Assembly (NCBI GenBank): GCA_964513845.1
Contig: CAZENT010000001.1
Location: forward strand, 149,278-213,277
Source of the DNA: an uncultured Pseudomonadales bacterium
Lineage (GTDB): Bacteria; Patescibacteriota; Microgenomatia; UBA1400; MFAQ01
Reading direction: 5' to 3'
Length of the DNA: 64,000 nucleotides
The notes below the pieces were generated by a model. It did no database searches and had not been told where the DNA came from. It saw nothing but the letters and a program-made list of their open reading frames with translations. The translations under genes were made by a program, and so were the position numbers. Position 1 is the stretch's first letter. Every line of letters begins with the position of its first letter. Shown here piece by piece: positions 1-9,704 of the stretch.

Positions 1-1
1 C

Positions 2-247
2 TATTTGAGAAAAATAAATCGATTGTTCCGAAAAAAATGGATAAAAAGAGTGAGTGTTTTTCGAAAGCCTTTTGCCCAGCCAGTTTTCCCCATAAATTAC
101 TCAGAAGAGTTGCCAAAGATGAAAACGAAGCTGGCTGGACTGTATCTTGCCAACATGAGTATGGTTTATCCATTTGATCGCGGAACAAATTATGCGGTGA
201 AGATGGGGAATGAGGTAGCCAAACAAGTGTTGGGTGACTTAAGATAA
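2..247 (+). CDS. C-terminal fragment of a probable FAD/NAD(P)-dependent oxidoreductase (amine oxidase-like), truncated by window start
   Basis: Frame open from window edge; C-terminal 'GLYLANMSMVYPFDRGTNYAV' resembles the end of this oxidoreductase family. Confidence 0.55.
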   Translation, partial: YLRKINRLFRKKWIKRVSVFRKPFAQPVFPINYSEELPKMKTKLAGLYLANMSMVYPFDRGTNYAVKMGNEVAKQVLGDLR

Positions 248-251
248 TAGT

Positions 252-2207
252 ATGTGGAGTGCAGACCTATTGATTATCCTCAAGGCATACATAATTAGTG
301 TGGGTGTGCAGTTTTTGGTGTGGCCATTGATAAGACGTATTTTCCCCAGACTACCCGACGAAGGCTGGGCTTTGGGAAGAGTAATAGTTACCCTGGTGAG
401 CGCATTGATTATTTGGCAGCTGAGCTATTTGGGGATGGCCGACAATAACACAGGGAGACTGTATGCGGTCTTGGGAGTGTTTGGTCTGATTAGCTTATGG
501 CTGGTTATTATGAATGGAATAAAGGCTTTTACGGTCACAAAAGCGACGGCTAAGATTATTGCCATTGAAGAGTATTTGTTTTTGGTGGGTTTTGGAATAA
601 TGGCGTTGATAAGAGCTCACGCACCAAACTTGGATAGCCTGGAAAAGTTTATGGATTTCGGTTTTCTAAATCAGTACTTGGTGTCCCCCACACTGCCCGT
701 GTCGGATATGTGGCAGGCAGGACAAACGATTAACTATTATTCTTTTGGGCATTACTGGGCAAGTATCTGGGTAAGGCTCTGGGGAGTTAGCCCGGCGGTT
801 GGGTATAACCTAATGCTTGCTTTTATCTTTGGAACTTCGATGGGCTTAGTGTTTTTAGCCTGCAAAACGCTGTCGGGAAGCAAGCCCTCCAAAGCCACCA
901 CAATAGGAGGAATTGTTGGCGCGTTGTCGGTAATGGTGGCAGGAAACAGCCATGTGATTTGGTATTTGTTAAAAAACAAGAGTATTGACAATTATTGGTA
1001 TGCTGAAGCCACCAGATTCATCCATAACACCATTCACGAGTTCCCTAGCTATAGTTTTGTAGTTTCGGATTTGCATGGCCACGTACTCGATTTGCCGGTG
1101 ATTTTGAGCTTTCTTGTGATATTGTTTGCCTGGCTGGAGAACAAGAAAAAAATTTACGAAGTGATTATGGGAGTATTGTTTGGGGTAATGATGATGACCA
1201 ATACCTGGGATGTGGCTGTTTATGGCTTGGTGCTTTGTGTTTTGGGAGTGCAAATAATAGTAACCAAGCCGGGAGAAATAAAAAAACTATTACTGTCTGG
1301 AGGAGTAATTTTGATTTCGATGCTTTTGGTTGCTTTGCCTTGGTGGCTATCATTTAAATCTATTTCCAATGGAGTAGCGCCGGTAATAGAAAGATCTCCT
1401 TTTTGGCAGTTACTGGTTTTGTGGGGCGGTGGAATGGTGGTTAATATTTTGGCAGTTTTAGTTGAAGGAAAGGGAGAGAAAAAAATGGTGATTCGAACAC
1501 TGGCTTTGAGCTCGATCTTTTTAATTGCAATTCCAGAGTTTGTTTATGCAAAAGACATTTATCCCAATCACCCAAGAGCTAATACAATGTTTAAGCTGAC
1601 TTATCAGGCTTTTATTATGATGGGTATTTTGCTGGGAACTACTTTTGGAAATATTATCGATAAAAGCAGAAAGGTCTCAGCTTGGTGGAGATCGGCGGTA
1701 ATTGCAATTCTTTTTTGGATTTTTGTGGGCACAATGAGCTTTCCCATGACGGCTTTTGCTACATATTATAGTAATTTTTCAACATATTATGGACTAAGTG
1801 GCGAGAGATGGATGGAAACAAAGTTGCCAGAAAACTATGGAGCAGTGAAGTATCTACGAGCCAACGCAGATGGAAAAAATATGGTTGAGGCTGTGGGTGA
1901 TAGTTATACACTTATGAATGCGGTTTCGGTATATTCCGGAGTGCCAACAATTCAAGGCTGGAGAGTGCATGAGTGGCTGTGGCGAGGGGGCTATGGAGAG
2001 GTCGCTGTTCGAGAAGAAGAGGTTAAAAACATTTATCAAGATGAAGATGTTGAGAAGACGGCAAAAAATTTGAAGAAATACAACGTAGGTTGGATTTTGG
2101 TTGGACAAAATGAACAAATAACATACAAAGTAAACGAAGAAAAATTGTGGCAGTTAGGAGACGTGGTTTGGAGGGAGGGAGAGTCCTATTTGGTCAAAGT
2201 ATATTGA
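252..2207 (+). CDS. DUF2298 / YYY-motif polytopic membrane protein (GT-C-like)
   Basis: 651 aa, many TM segments, 'EKFMDFGF', 'INYYSFGH', 'HEFPSYSFVVSDLHGH', 'NTWD', 'HEWLWRG'. Confidence 0.8.
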   Translation: MWSADLLIILKAYIISVGVQFLVWPLIRRIFPRLPDEGWALGRVIVTLVSALIIWQLSYLGMADNNTGRLYAVLGVFGLISLWLVIMNGIKAFTVTKATAKIIAIEEYLFLVGFGIMALIRAHAPNLDSLEKFMDFGFLNQYLVSPTLPVSDMWQAGQTINYYSFGHYWASIWVRLWGVSPAVGYNLMLAFIFGTSMGLVFLACKTLSGSKPSKATTIGGIVGALSVMVAGNSHVIWYLLKNKSIDNYWYAEATRFIHNTIHEFPSYSFVVSDLHGHVLDLPVILSFLVILFAWLENKKKIYEVIMGVLFGVMMMTNTWDVAVYGLVLCVLGVQIIVTKPGEIKKLLLSGGVILISMLLVALPWWLSFKSISNGVAPVIERSPFWQLLVLWGGGMVVNILAVLVEGKGEKKMVIRTLALSSIFLIAIPEFVYAKDIYPNHPRANTMFKLTYQAFIMMGILLGTTFGNIIDKSRKVSAWWRSAVIAILFWIFVGTMSFPMTAFATYYSNFSTYYGLSGERWMETKLPENYGAVKYLRANADGKNMVEAVGDSYTLMNAVSVYSGVPTIQGWRVHEWLWRGGYGEVAVREEEVKNIYQDEDVEKTAKNLKKYNVGWILVGQNEQITYKVNEEKLWQLGDVVWREGESYLVKVY

Positions 2208-3278
2208 TTACTGTTTGCCTTTCAAAAGATTGTCGAGATATTTTTTGAGCGCAGACCAACTGTTGTCTTTGGGCATGAGAACCCATTCTCCTTTGTACTG
2301 TTTGGTAGGAGGATTGTAGAGAATGGTGAGACCATTTTCATCAGGCTGATCAGAGAAGGTAACAGAACGAACCGGATTATTCTTGGTTTCGAGAGCTATT
2401 TTGGCAAGAGTGGGATAGAGATTGTGACCAATATTGGTTTTTAGATTGCGATCTAATATGACAAAAAATGAGTCGAGTTTGTTTTTGTCGAGCAAAAAGT
2501 CAGGGGTGAGCATTTTTTGACGAAGAGCGGAAATGACTTGTTGTTGGCGTTTGGAACGAGCAAAGTCCGTACCCTCGTCGCCCACCGAGTGACGCGAACG
2601 AACAAACTTGAGAGAGGTTTCACCATCCAAATGAGCAGAACCCGTGGCGAAAGTAATGGATTCGTAACGAGAAGAAATTGGCATGGCGTTTTCTTTACCT
2701 AGAATTGGAAACTCGGAGTCAGTGAAGCCGGGGTTGACATCAACATCAATACCCCCAAGAAGATCAATGGTTTCTTTAAAAATAGTGAAGTTAACAATGG
2801 CCGTGTAGTGAATAGGAGTACCCAGATCTTCGAGAATGGCAGCCTCAGCCATCTGAATTCCGGCACCAGGACTAGCTTCTTCGCCGTAGTAATAAGCGGT
2901 GTTTATCTTGGCCTGAAGAGAAGGAACCCACAAATCACGAGGCACGCTAATCATAACCGGTGACTTGGTTTCGTGATTGTAGGAAAGAACAATTATGGTG
3001 TCAGCAAGATTGGGAGAGTCGGTGCCTTCCCCCCTTATACCAAGTAATAAAAAATTAGTGACACCATTGGTGTTATCCAGATTTTCGACAGGAGAACCAA
3101 AAAATCCAAGTAAATCTTGAGGTTTGACATGAAATCGAGAGAGGAGGTTGAAACCCTGAGCACCCAGCAAACCTAGGCCTGTCAGGAAAAGCAGAATCAA
3201 AAGAATGACAAGATGACGCCTTATAAAAGAGGCGAGGCGAATAAGAACCCTGACTGGTCTAATGTGGATTAGTTTCAT
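2208..3278 (-). CDS. LCP (LytR-CpsA-Psr) family cell-wall polymer ligase
   Basis: N-terminal TM; 'NFLLLG', 'DTII', 'SVPRDLWV', 'KINTAY', 'FVRSRH', 'DFARSKRQQQV'. Confidence 0.9.
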   Translation of the reverse strand: MKLIHIRPVRVLIRLASFIRRHLVILLILLFLTGLGLLGAQGFNLLSRFHVKPQDLLGFFGSPVENLDNTNGVTNFLLLGIRGEGTDSPNLADTIIVLSYNHETKSPVMISVPRDLWVPSLQAKINTAYYYGEEASPGAGIQMAEAAILEDLGTPIHYTAIVNFTIFKETIDLLGGIDVDVNPGFTDSEFPILGKENAMPISSRYESITFATGSAHLDGETSLKFVRSRHSVGDEGTDFARSKRQQQVISALRQKMLTPDFLLDKNKLDSFFVILDRNLKTNIGHNLYPTLAKIALETKNNPVRSVTFSDQPDENGLTILYNPPTKQYKGEWVLMPKDNSWSALKKYLDNLLKGKQ

Positions 3279-3970
3279 TATGGAAGACTGTTGATGATGC
3301 CGGCAAAAAGAGTTGGCTCAAGACTGTCAGTGCCAACCAATACACCGTCGATACGATTTTGGTCAACAAAGGATTTGACGTTGTCGGCGGTGACAGAACC
3401 ACCGTACAAAACAGGGGCAAGATTGTCGATGAGGAAACTTATTTGATTAGTAACGTGATTGGCCTCAACGGGGTCAATGGGCTTCCCTGTGCCAATAGCG
3501 GCTATCGGCTCATAAACAAAGAAACAGCGAGAAACGTCGATATTCTTTTGGAAGAGTTCTTTGATTTGTTCATCAAGATAAGGAAGGTCGATGCAAACAA
3601 TGGGGGTGATGGAGTTCTCCAGAAGGAGTTTGGCTTTTTCGGCAACCATCTCACTGGTTTCGTTGAAATCGCGACGACGTTCGGAGTGGCCAACAATACA
3701 ATAACTGACCAATTCTCCAAGCATGTTGGCAGTGATTTCTCCGGTGTGTTTACCTGGAGCTAGATGAGAAACGTCTTGAGCACCGGTGATGATGGGAATT
3801 TCTAAGTCGGAGAGTTTGTGGTTAAAAGCAGCAATGTCAGTGAAAGGAAGACAAAGAATAACAGAAATGCCTGAAGAAAATTTAGGGTTAAGCGCTTGGA
3901 TGCCATCAATCCAGATTAATGACTCGGTGAGATTTTGATTACTTTTCCAGTTGCCAATAACGTACTTCAT
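3278..3970 (-). CDS. tpiA: Triosephosphate isomerase
   Basis: 'GNWK', 'IVGHSERR', 'YEPIAAIGTG', 'LYGGSV'; start placed at MKYVIGNWK (ATG 3970). Confidence 0.93.
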   Translation of the reverse strand: MKYVIGNWKSNQNLTESLIWIDGIQALNPKFSSGISVILCLPFTDIAAFNHKLSDLEIPIITGAQDVSHLAPGKHTGEITANMLGELVSYCIVGHSERRRDFNETSEMVAEKAKLLLENSITPIVCIDLPYLDEQIKELFQKNIDVSRCFFVYEPIAAIGTGKPIDPVEANHVTNQISFLIDNLAPVLYGGSVTADNVKSFVDQNRIDGVLVGTDSLEPTLFAGIINSLP

Positions 3971-4015
3971 GGTTTGAGTCAATTATATGCTAAGTTTGCA
4001 ATACAATATATTGGA

Positions 4016-5932
4016 ATGAGTGATTTTTTAACAGGACTAAATGAGGAACAAAAAGAAGCGGTAACCTACGGAAAGGGACCACTTTTAATTTTGGCAGGGG
4101 CAGGCTCCGGAAAAACGAGAGTGTTAACTTACAGAACGGCATATTTAATCCAAGAAATGGGAGTGGAGCCGGAAAAAATTGCGTTACTGACTTTTACAAA
4201 CAAGGCGGCAGAGGAAATGAGACAAAGAGTAAAAAGCCTGGGAGGAAAAGCGGGAACTTTGGGTTTTTCGGGAACTTTCCATACTTTTTGCGCCAAGTTG
4301 TTACGTGAGTATGGCCCAAACGTGGGGGTGATGCCGAACTATGTGATATTTGATAGTGATGACTCGGAAGCAGCCATGAAGAAAGTACTTAAGGAGATGG
4401 ATATTGACCCAAAAGAAAGTAAGCCGGCAATGTTTTTGGCGGTAATTAGTAAAATGAAAAATGATTTGGTGAGTGTGACGGATGCCGAGACGACAGCTAG
4501 TGATTATTTCCGCCGAATGGTGGTAAAAGTGTGGAAAGCGTATCAAGACAAGTTACAAAAAAATAACGCGGTTGATTTTGATGATCTATTAGTTAAGGCC
4601 GTCGCATTATTAAAAATCGAGCGTATTAAAGAGGAGGTGAATAATCGGTTGGAATGGATTTTGGTGGATGAGTATCAAGACACAAACAAGGCACAGTTTG
4701 AGCTAACAAAGCATTTGGCTGGGAAAAAACAAAATATCACAGCGGTGGGTGACGCTGCTCAGGCAATTTATTCTTTTAGAGGAGCAGATTACCGTAATTT
4801 GGTGCTGTTTAAAAGCGAGTACCCGAAAGCGGCAATGGTAAGCCTGCCAATGAATTATCGATCGACACAAAATATTTTGGACACGGCTTACGGAGTGATT
4901 AGTCACAACACAACTCACCCAACGCTACATCTGGAAACCACAGAGGGGGCAGGAGAGATGGTAAGTATTTTTGAGGCTGGAGATGAGCGAGATGAAGCAA
5001 AATATGTGATTGAGCAGGCAAGAAAAATGTCAGAAGAGGATGGCGGGGTGGCAATTTTGTACAGAACAAATGCCCAGTCACGCGCTTTTGAAGACGAGCT
5101 GATGCGCCGAGATATCCCCTACAAATTGGTGGGTGGGTTGCGATTTTATAATCGCGCAGAAATTAAAGATTTGATCGCTTATTTGAGAATACTGAACAAT
5201 CCTGAAGAAGAAATCAGCCGAGGAAGAATTGAAAAATTAGGAAAGAGAAGAATGGAAACTTTTGACAGATGGCTTGAGAAAAAATCTAAAGAAGAGCGAG
5301 AAGAAAACCCGGGAAAATTGCTGGAGGAGATTATAAATGTGGTCGATTTCTTGGGAAGATTTGACGAAAGAGATGAAGATGATGTGGCCAGAATAGAAAA
5401 TATTAACGAACTTTTGGCTGTGGCTTCCGATTACAAAAATGTCGAGAAATTTTTGGAAAGTGCGGCTTTGGCCGAGTCGGATATCAAACAACACAAATCA
5501 AACGCCAAAATTACTTTGATGACGGTACACGCAGCCAAGGGGTTGGAGTTCGAAAATGTTTTTGTGGTCGGATTAGAAGAAGGATTGTTCCCCCATTCTC
5601 GTTCAATGCTTTCCGGTGAAAAAGAAGAAATTGAAGAGGAGCGACGCTTGGTATATGTAGCCATGACACGAGCAAAAAAAATCCTAACGTTGTCTTGGGC
5701 GAGAAACCGTCTGGTTTTTGGAGGACGTCATTCTTCAATTCCGTCGCGATTTTTGTCCGAAATTCCAGAAAATTTGTTGAAAAAAATAGGAGGGGTTCGG
5801 GAAGTGGAAAGAAAAATGTCCAAACCGGCACCAGAAATGGATGAGTTTGGAGAAAAGAAAAGAATAATTGTGCAAGACTGGGAAATTGCCGAAGCCACAA
5901 AGGATGATTTTGCCGAGATTGATAATTGGTAA
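4016..5932 (+). CDS. pcrA: ATP-dependent DNA helicase UvrD/PcrA
   Basis: 'LAGAGSGKT', 'LVDEYQDTN', 'NYRST', 'TVHAAKGLEF', 'EERRLVYVAMTRA'; start likely ATG 4016 (TACAAT upstream, avoids tpiA overlap). Confidence 0.92.
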   Translation: MSDFLTGLNEEQKEAVTYGKGPLLILAGAGSGKTRVLTYRTAYLIQEMGVEPEKIALLTFTNKAAEEMRQRVKSLGGKAGTLGFSGTFHTFCAKLLREYGPNVGVMPNYVIFDSDDSEAAMKKVLKEMDIDPKESKPAMFLAVISKMKNDLVSVTDAETTASDYFRRMVVKVWKAYQDKLQKNNAVDFDDLLVKAVALLKIERIKEEVNNRLEWILVDEYQDTNKAQFELTKHLAGKKQNITAVGDAAQAIYSFRGADYRNLVLFKSEYPKAAMVSLPMNYRSTQNILDTAYGVISHNTTHPTLHLETTEGAGEMVSIFEAGDERDEAKYVIEQARKMSEEDGGVAILYRTNAQSRAFEDELMRRDIPYKLVGGLRFYNRAEIKDLIAYLRILNNPEEEISRGRIEKLGKRRMETFDRWLEKKSKEEREENPGKLLEEIINVVDFLGRFDERDEDDVARIENINELLAVASDYKNVEKFLESAALAESDIKQHKSNAKITLMTVHAAKGLEFENVFVVGLEEGLFPHSRSMLSGEKEEIEEERRLVYVAMTRAKKILTLSWARNRLVFGGRHSSIPSRFLSEIPENLLKKIGGVREVERKMSKPAPEMDEFGEKKRIIVQDWEIAEATKDDFAEIDNW

Positions 5933-5948
5933 ATTGTTACAATGAAAT

Positions 5949-6440
5949 ATGAATAATGTTGAAGTAAGAAAATCTCCCATTCAAGGAACTGGAGTGTATT
6001 CGCTTAAAAATTTTATTGAAGGAGAAATAATATTAAGTATTGATGACTCCCAAGTTGTGACAGATCCTTCGACACTATCAGATGAAGATAATGAGTATAA
6101 CTGCGATTATCTAGATAACGGAAAGGTAGTCTTGATGAAAGATCCGGAGCGTAGTATTAACCACTCTTGTGACCCTTCAACTTACATTAAAACAATTGAC
6201 GGAATCAGAAAAGTTATTGCCAAGAAAAATATAAAAATCGGTGATGAGATAACTTTTGACTATGCCATAAATGGCGAAAACGAGGGATCGTTCGTGTGTC
6301 GATGTGGAAGCGATAGGTGTCGAAAGATATATAACGGAAATTTTTTTAAGCTGCCGATAGAGCTTCAGAAAGAGTATTTACCCTTCCTAGATGATTGGTT
6401 TGTAAACAAGCATAAAGCTGAGTTAGATAAGCTAAAATAA
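5949..6440 (+). CDS. SET-domain protein with post-SET Cys cluster (putative lysine methyltransferase)
   Basis: 'IQGTGVY', 'INHSCDP', 'EITFDY', post-SET 'CRCGSDRCR'. Confidence 0.88.
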   Translation: MNNVEVRKSPIQGTGVYSLKNFIEGEIILSIDDSQVVTDPSTLSDEDNEYNCDYLDNGKVVLMKDPERSINHSCDPSTYIKTIDGIRKVIAKKNIKIGDEITFDYAINGENEGSFVCRCGSDRCRKIYNGNFFKLPIELQKEYLPFLDDWFVNKHKAELDKLK

Positions 6441-6443
6441 ACT

Positions 6444-7460
6444 GTGATAATCGAAGTAGCTGAAAAAGATAAACAAAAATTTGACATGGCGGCTCGCCAT
6501 CCGTTGCAGTCTTGGGCATGGGGTGAGTTTCGCAAAAAAACGGGAGTTGGTTTGTCCCGATTGGGTTTTGGAGAAAAAAACATTGAGAATTCTTTCCAGA
6601 TTACCTGGCACAGTATTCCCTACACTCAGTTTTGTATTGGGTATTGTCCAAAATCAGTGGTGCCAAGTATTGAAGAGGTCAAAGCAATTCAAATAGAGGC
6701 AAAAAAGAGGAAGGCTATCTTTGTGAAGTTTGAGCCAAACGAAAGAATTAATCAGAGCACAGAAAAGAGTATTCATTCTCTGGAAAAGGACTTTAATTGG
6801 GTAAAGGGAAAATCATTGTTTACAAAATATACATTTCAGCTAGATATTTCTAAAAGCGAAGAGGAACTGTTGAAAAACATGCACCAAAAAACGAGGTACA
6901 ACTTGAGGTTGGCCGAGAAAAAAGGAGTTGAAATTATTGAAGATAATAGCGAGGCGGGATTTGAGGATTACTGGAAATTAATGGAAGAAACAACAAAACG
7001 TCAAGGTTTTTTTGCTCACGGGAAAAATTATCACCGTAAAATGTGGCAAACAATGACCGAGTCAGGACAAGGACATCTTTTTAAAGCTGTATACGAAGGA
7101 AAAACTTTGACAACGTGGATGATATTTATTTTAAATGACGTTATTTATTACCCATATGGAGCCTCAAGCAATGAAAATAGAGAGGTGATGGCCAGTAATT
7201 TGATGATGTGGGAAGTGATTCGTTATGGCAAAAAACAAGGTTGTAGATTGTTTGATATGTGGGGCAGTCTGGGACCCGAGCCAGATGTACACGACCCTTG
7301 GTATGGCTTTCATAAATTTAAGCAAGGATATGGGGCAGAGTTGGTAGAGTTTTTGGGAAGTTTTGATTTGGTGATTTCTCCGACATTATATAAAATTTAC
7401 GGACTGACCGATAAAGTGCGCTGGGTGGGACTAAAATTATTGGCTGGACTCCGAAGGTAA
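6444..7460 (+). CDS. FemAB/FemX-family peptidoglycan bridge aminoacyltransferase
   Basis: 'HPLQSWAWGEF', 'KTRYNLRLAEKKGV', 'YPYGAS', 'FKQGYG'. Confidence 0.88.
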   Translation: MIIEVAEKDKQKFDMAARHPLQSWAWGEFRKKTGVGLSRLGFGEKNIENSFQITWHSIPYTQFCIGYCPKSVVPSIEEVKAIQIEAKKRKAIFVKFEPNERINQSTEKSIHSLEKDFNWVKGKSLFTKYTFQLDISKSEEELLKNMHQKTRYNLRLAEKKGVEIIEDNSEAGFEDYWKLMEETTKRQGFFAHGKNYHRKMWQTMTESGQGHLFKAVYEGKTLTTWMIFILNDVIYYPYGASSNENREVMASNLMMWEVIRYGKKQGCRLFDMWGSLGPEPDVHDPWYGFHKFKQGYGAELVEFLGSFDLVISPTLYKIYGLTDKVRWVGLKLLAGLRR

Positions 7461-8282
7461 ATGGAGGATATTCGTCAAAATATTGGCTGGGCGGGACACT
7501 TAAAGCATCGCGGCTGGAAAACGGTGAAACTGAAATCTTCTGATGGTCGACATACGATTCAAGCTTTTATCTTACGGCTTGGTTGGTGGCCATTTTCGAT
7601 GATGAAAATTCAAAGAGCCATTTATGATCCTGATTTTAATGAATTAAAGAGAATTAAAAGAAAATATTGGGTTGTTAACTCAATTGTTGAGCCACAAAAA
7701 GTGCAAAATCCAGAGGCCTTTAGACGAGCAGGCTATCGCCTAACTCGATTCCCGTATTTGGCGATGAGCTCTTACATTAACAACCTGACAAAAAGTGAGG
7801 GTGAGATTTGGTCTGGTTTGTCGGAGAACGCCAGAAGATTAATTAATAAAAATAAAGAGGTAATAATTGAAAAAGCGAGCCCAAAAGAGTTTTGTAAATT
7901 TTGGAAAAAGTCATCAAAAATCTGGATTATGCAGCCAGCAGAAGTGGAAAATTTGATCAAAAGTTTCAAGGGAAAAGTGAGATTAACCATGAGTCGAGTT
8001 GGAAATGAGTATCACTCCGGACTGATGGTGGTTTATTCAAAAGACACAGCTAACTATTACATGACTTGGACGAGCGAGCTAGGCAGATTGTCTGGAGCTC
8101 ATTACAAATTGGTATGGGAGGAAATGCTTGAAGCAAAAAGAAGAAAGATGAAGTATTTTGATTTTGAAGGGGTATTTGATCCTCGTTGGCCACAAAAAAA
8201 GTGGAAAGGTTTTACGGAGTTTAAACGACGTTTTGGGGGAAAATTGGTGCAGTTTCCTGGAGGATTTTTTCGTTGGCTGTAG
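7461..8282 (+). CDS. FemAB-like GNAT-fold protein (second paralog)
   Basis: 'LSENARRLI', 'YFDFEG', 'GFTEFKRRFGG'; abuts the first fem gene. Confidence 0.75.
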   Translation: MEDIRQNIGWAGHLKHRGWKTVKLKSSDGRHTIQAFILRLGWWPFSMMKIQRAIYDPDFNELKRIKRKYWVVNSIVEPQKVQNPEAFRRAGYRLTRFPYLAMSSYINNLTKSEGEIWSGLSENARRLINKNKEVIIEKASPKEFCKFWKKSSKIWIMQPAEVENLIKSFKGKVRLTMSRVGNEYHSGLMVVYSKDTANYYMTWTSELGRLSGAHYKLVWEEMLEAKRRKMKYFDFEGVFDPRWPQKKWKGFTEFKRRFGGKLVQFPGGFFRWL

Positions 8283-8290
8283 ATAGTAAA

Positions 8291-8316
8291 AACCCACCCT
8301 TTTTAGGGGGTGGGTT
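8291..8316. terminator. Intrinsic terminator hairpin between convergent genes
   Basis: AACCCACCC...GGGTGGGTT inverted repeat with flanking A-run. Confidence 0.7.
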
Positions 8317-8326
8317 AACAGTTGTT

Positions 8327-8956
8327 TTATTCTTGATAAGCTTCATAAGCTTCGGGGCGAATTACATCTTTCCGAAGCAACATCAACAATTCCGGTAGAG
8401 ATTTTTCGGGATAGGGAAGATACTTTCCTCCACCGCCACCGGATCCGATCATAAGACCGCCATCTTTGAGAATGCTATACAGAGAACGACCATCCCTCAT
8501 TTTCATACGAGTGCGACCCTTGGTACAGACTTCGACAATCATGGCGTTGAGCGAGGTGATGATTTCGTCCCTGTCAAACAGATTGTCATTGGCCAGTTTA
8601 GCTGCGGCGATGATTCTAATTAACAATTCGGCCGAAATTACATCGGAAACTTTGTCTTTTCCCGCAATGGCGGAGCTTCCGGTAACTTCACGAGACTGGT
8701 CAAGCCAGAATTTTTCTTTGACTAGCCAGTCGTTTGGGGTTAGTCCCCATAAATTTCCGGCCAAATTAAAAATGGCAATTTTTCGTTCCATCTCAGTCCC
8801 TTCGGCCACATTTATTCCGGGTAAATATTCCGACTTCATTTTTGAGATGTCCAAATTACAATAGACTGCATCGAGAAGACCGCGAGTAAATACTCCTTCT
8901 CCGCAGGCTATCCGCCTCCCAACTTCAGTCCAGACAGTCTGATAATCAATTTTCAC
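8327..8956 (-). CDS. Hypothetical protein (~209 aa)
   Basis: Long ORF; GTG at 8956 preceded by AAGGAG SD; no family recognised. Confidence 0.55.
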   Translation of the reverse strand: MKIDYQTVWTEVGRRIACGEGVFTRGLLDAVYCNLDISKMKSEYLPGINVAEGTEMERKIAIFNLAGNLWGLTPNDWLVKEKFWLDQSREVTGSSAIAGKDKVSDVISAELLIRIIAAAKLANDNLFDRDEIITSLNAMIVEVCTKGRTRMKMRDGRSLYSILKDGGLMIGSGGGGGKYLPYPEKSLPELLMLLRKDVIRPEAYEAYQE

Positions 8957-9005
8957 TTGTTGTCTCCTTAAAAGTGCAAGATTTGGGGATATTATAACAA
9001 ATGCT

Positions 9006-9437
9006 TCAACTATAGGGCTTTTCCCAACTTTCCACTTCGCCTTCGACGAGATAAAAGAGCGGATTAAGTTCAAAGTGTTCGATTTTGTTTAAAGTATCCA
9101 GGTCTTTGGGAGAGCGATGGAGTAGTTTATTTTTTAGATGAATCGTTTCATAAATTACCTGACCCGAGTTAACAGCAATCGAAACAGGTTTTGTTTTCTG
9201 AAGTTTTGACGGGTCAAAACAGTAACCTCTTATACAGGATTCGTCATATATGACATGAAGAAAAATATTGATGGCTGAAATTGGATCTGAGGAAGAACGA
9301 AAGCGCGATAGCTGAGGGTGATTGCGGTAACCGTTGGTGTTTCCTTCAAGGACCTTGCGAGCAAGAAGCGCTTCGCGCCAAACAGCCAGAAGACCTTTGG
9401 TGTCGAGGTGTTTGGGATGTAGGCTCCAAAGACGCAT
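9006..9437 (-). CDS. Pyrimidine-dimer DNA glycosylase / T4 endonuclease V-like protein
   Basis: 'MRLWSLHPKHLDTKGLLAVWREALLA', 'GYRNHPQL.RF'. Confidence 0.85.
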   Translation of the reverse strand: MRLWSLHPKHLDTKGLLAVWREALLARKVLEGNTNGYRNHPQLSRFRSSSDPISAINIFLHVIYDESCIRGYCFDPSKLQKTKPVSIAVNSGQVIYETIHLKNKLLHRSPKDLDTLNKIEHFELNPLFYLVEGEVESWEKPYS

Positions 9438-9703
9438 TAGAAAAGGGTTTTTTGTTTGGGTAATATTTCAAAATTATGCAAAAGATCTGGGACTTCAATT
9501 TTTTTAATTTTCGATGTATGGCCAGAAATTAGTGAAATTTGAGAGGGTGAAATGGAAAAATATTTGGCAAGGGACTTGATGATAGCGTCGTTGGCTCGGC
9601 CATCAACTGGAGGCTCTTTGACAGAAACAGCATAAGTATTCTGATCGATTTGAACCACCTTTTCCTGTTTCTTTTTGGGTTTGGCAATTATGGTTAGGAG
9701 CAT
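9437..9703 (-). CDS. DUF167 / YggU family protein
   Basis: 'VKEPPVDGRANDA', 'SGHTSKIK'. Confidence 0.85.
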   Translation of the reverse strand: MLLTIIAKPKKKQEKVVQIDQNTYAVSVKEPPVDGRANDAIIKSLAKYFSISPSQISLISGHTSKIKKIEVPDLLHNFEILPKQKTLF

Positions 9704-9704
9704 A

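Noticed and set aside
3935-4015. Apparent head-to-head overlap of tpiA and pcrA
   Set aside because: Disappears when the better-supported starts (3970 and 4016) are used
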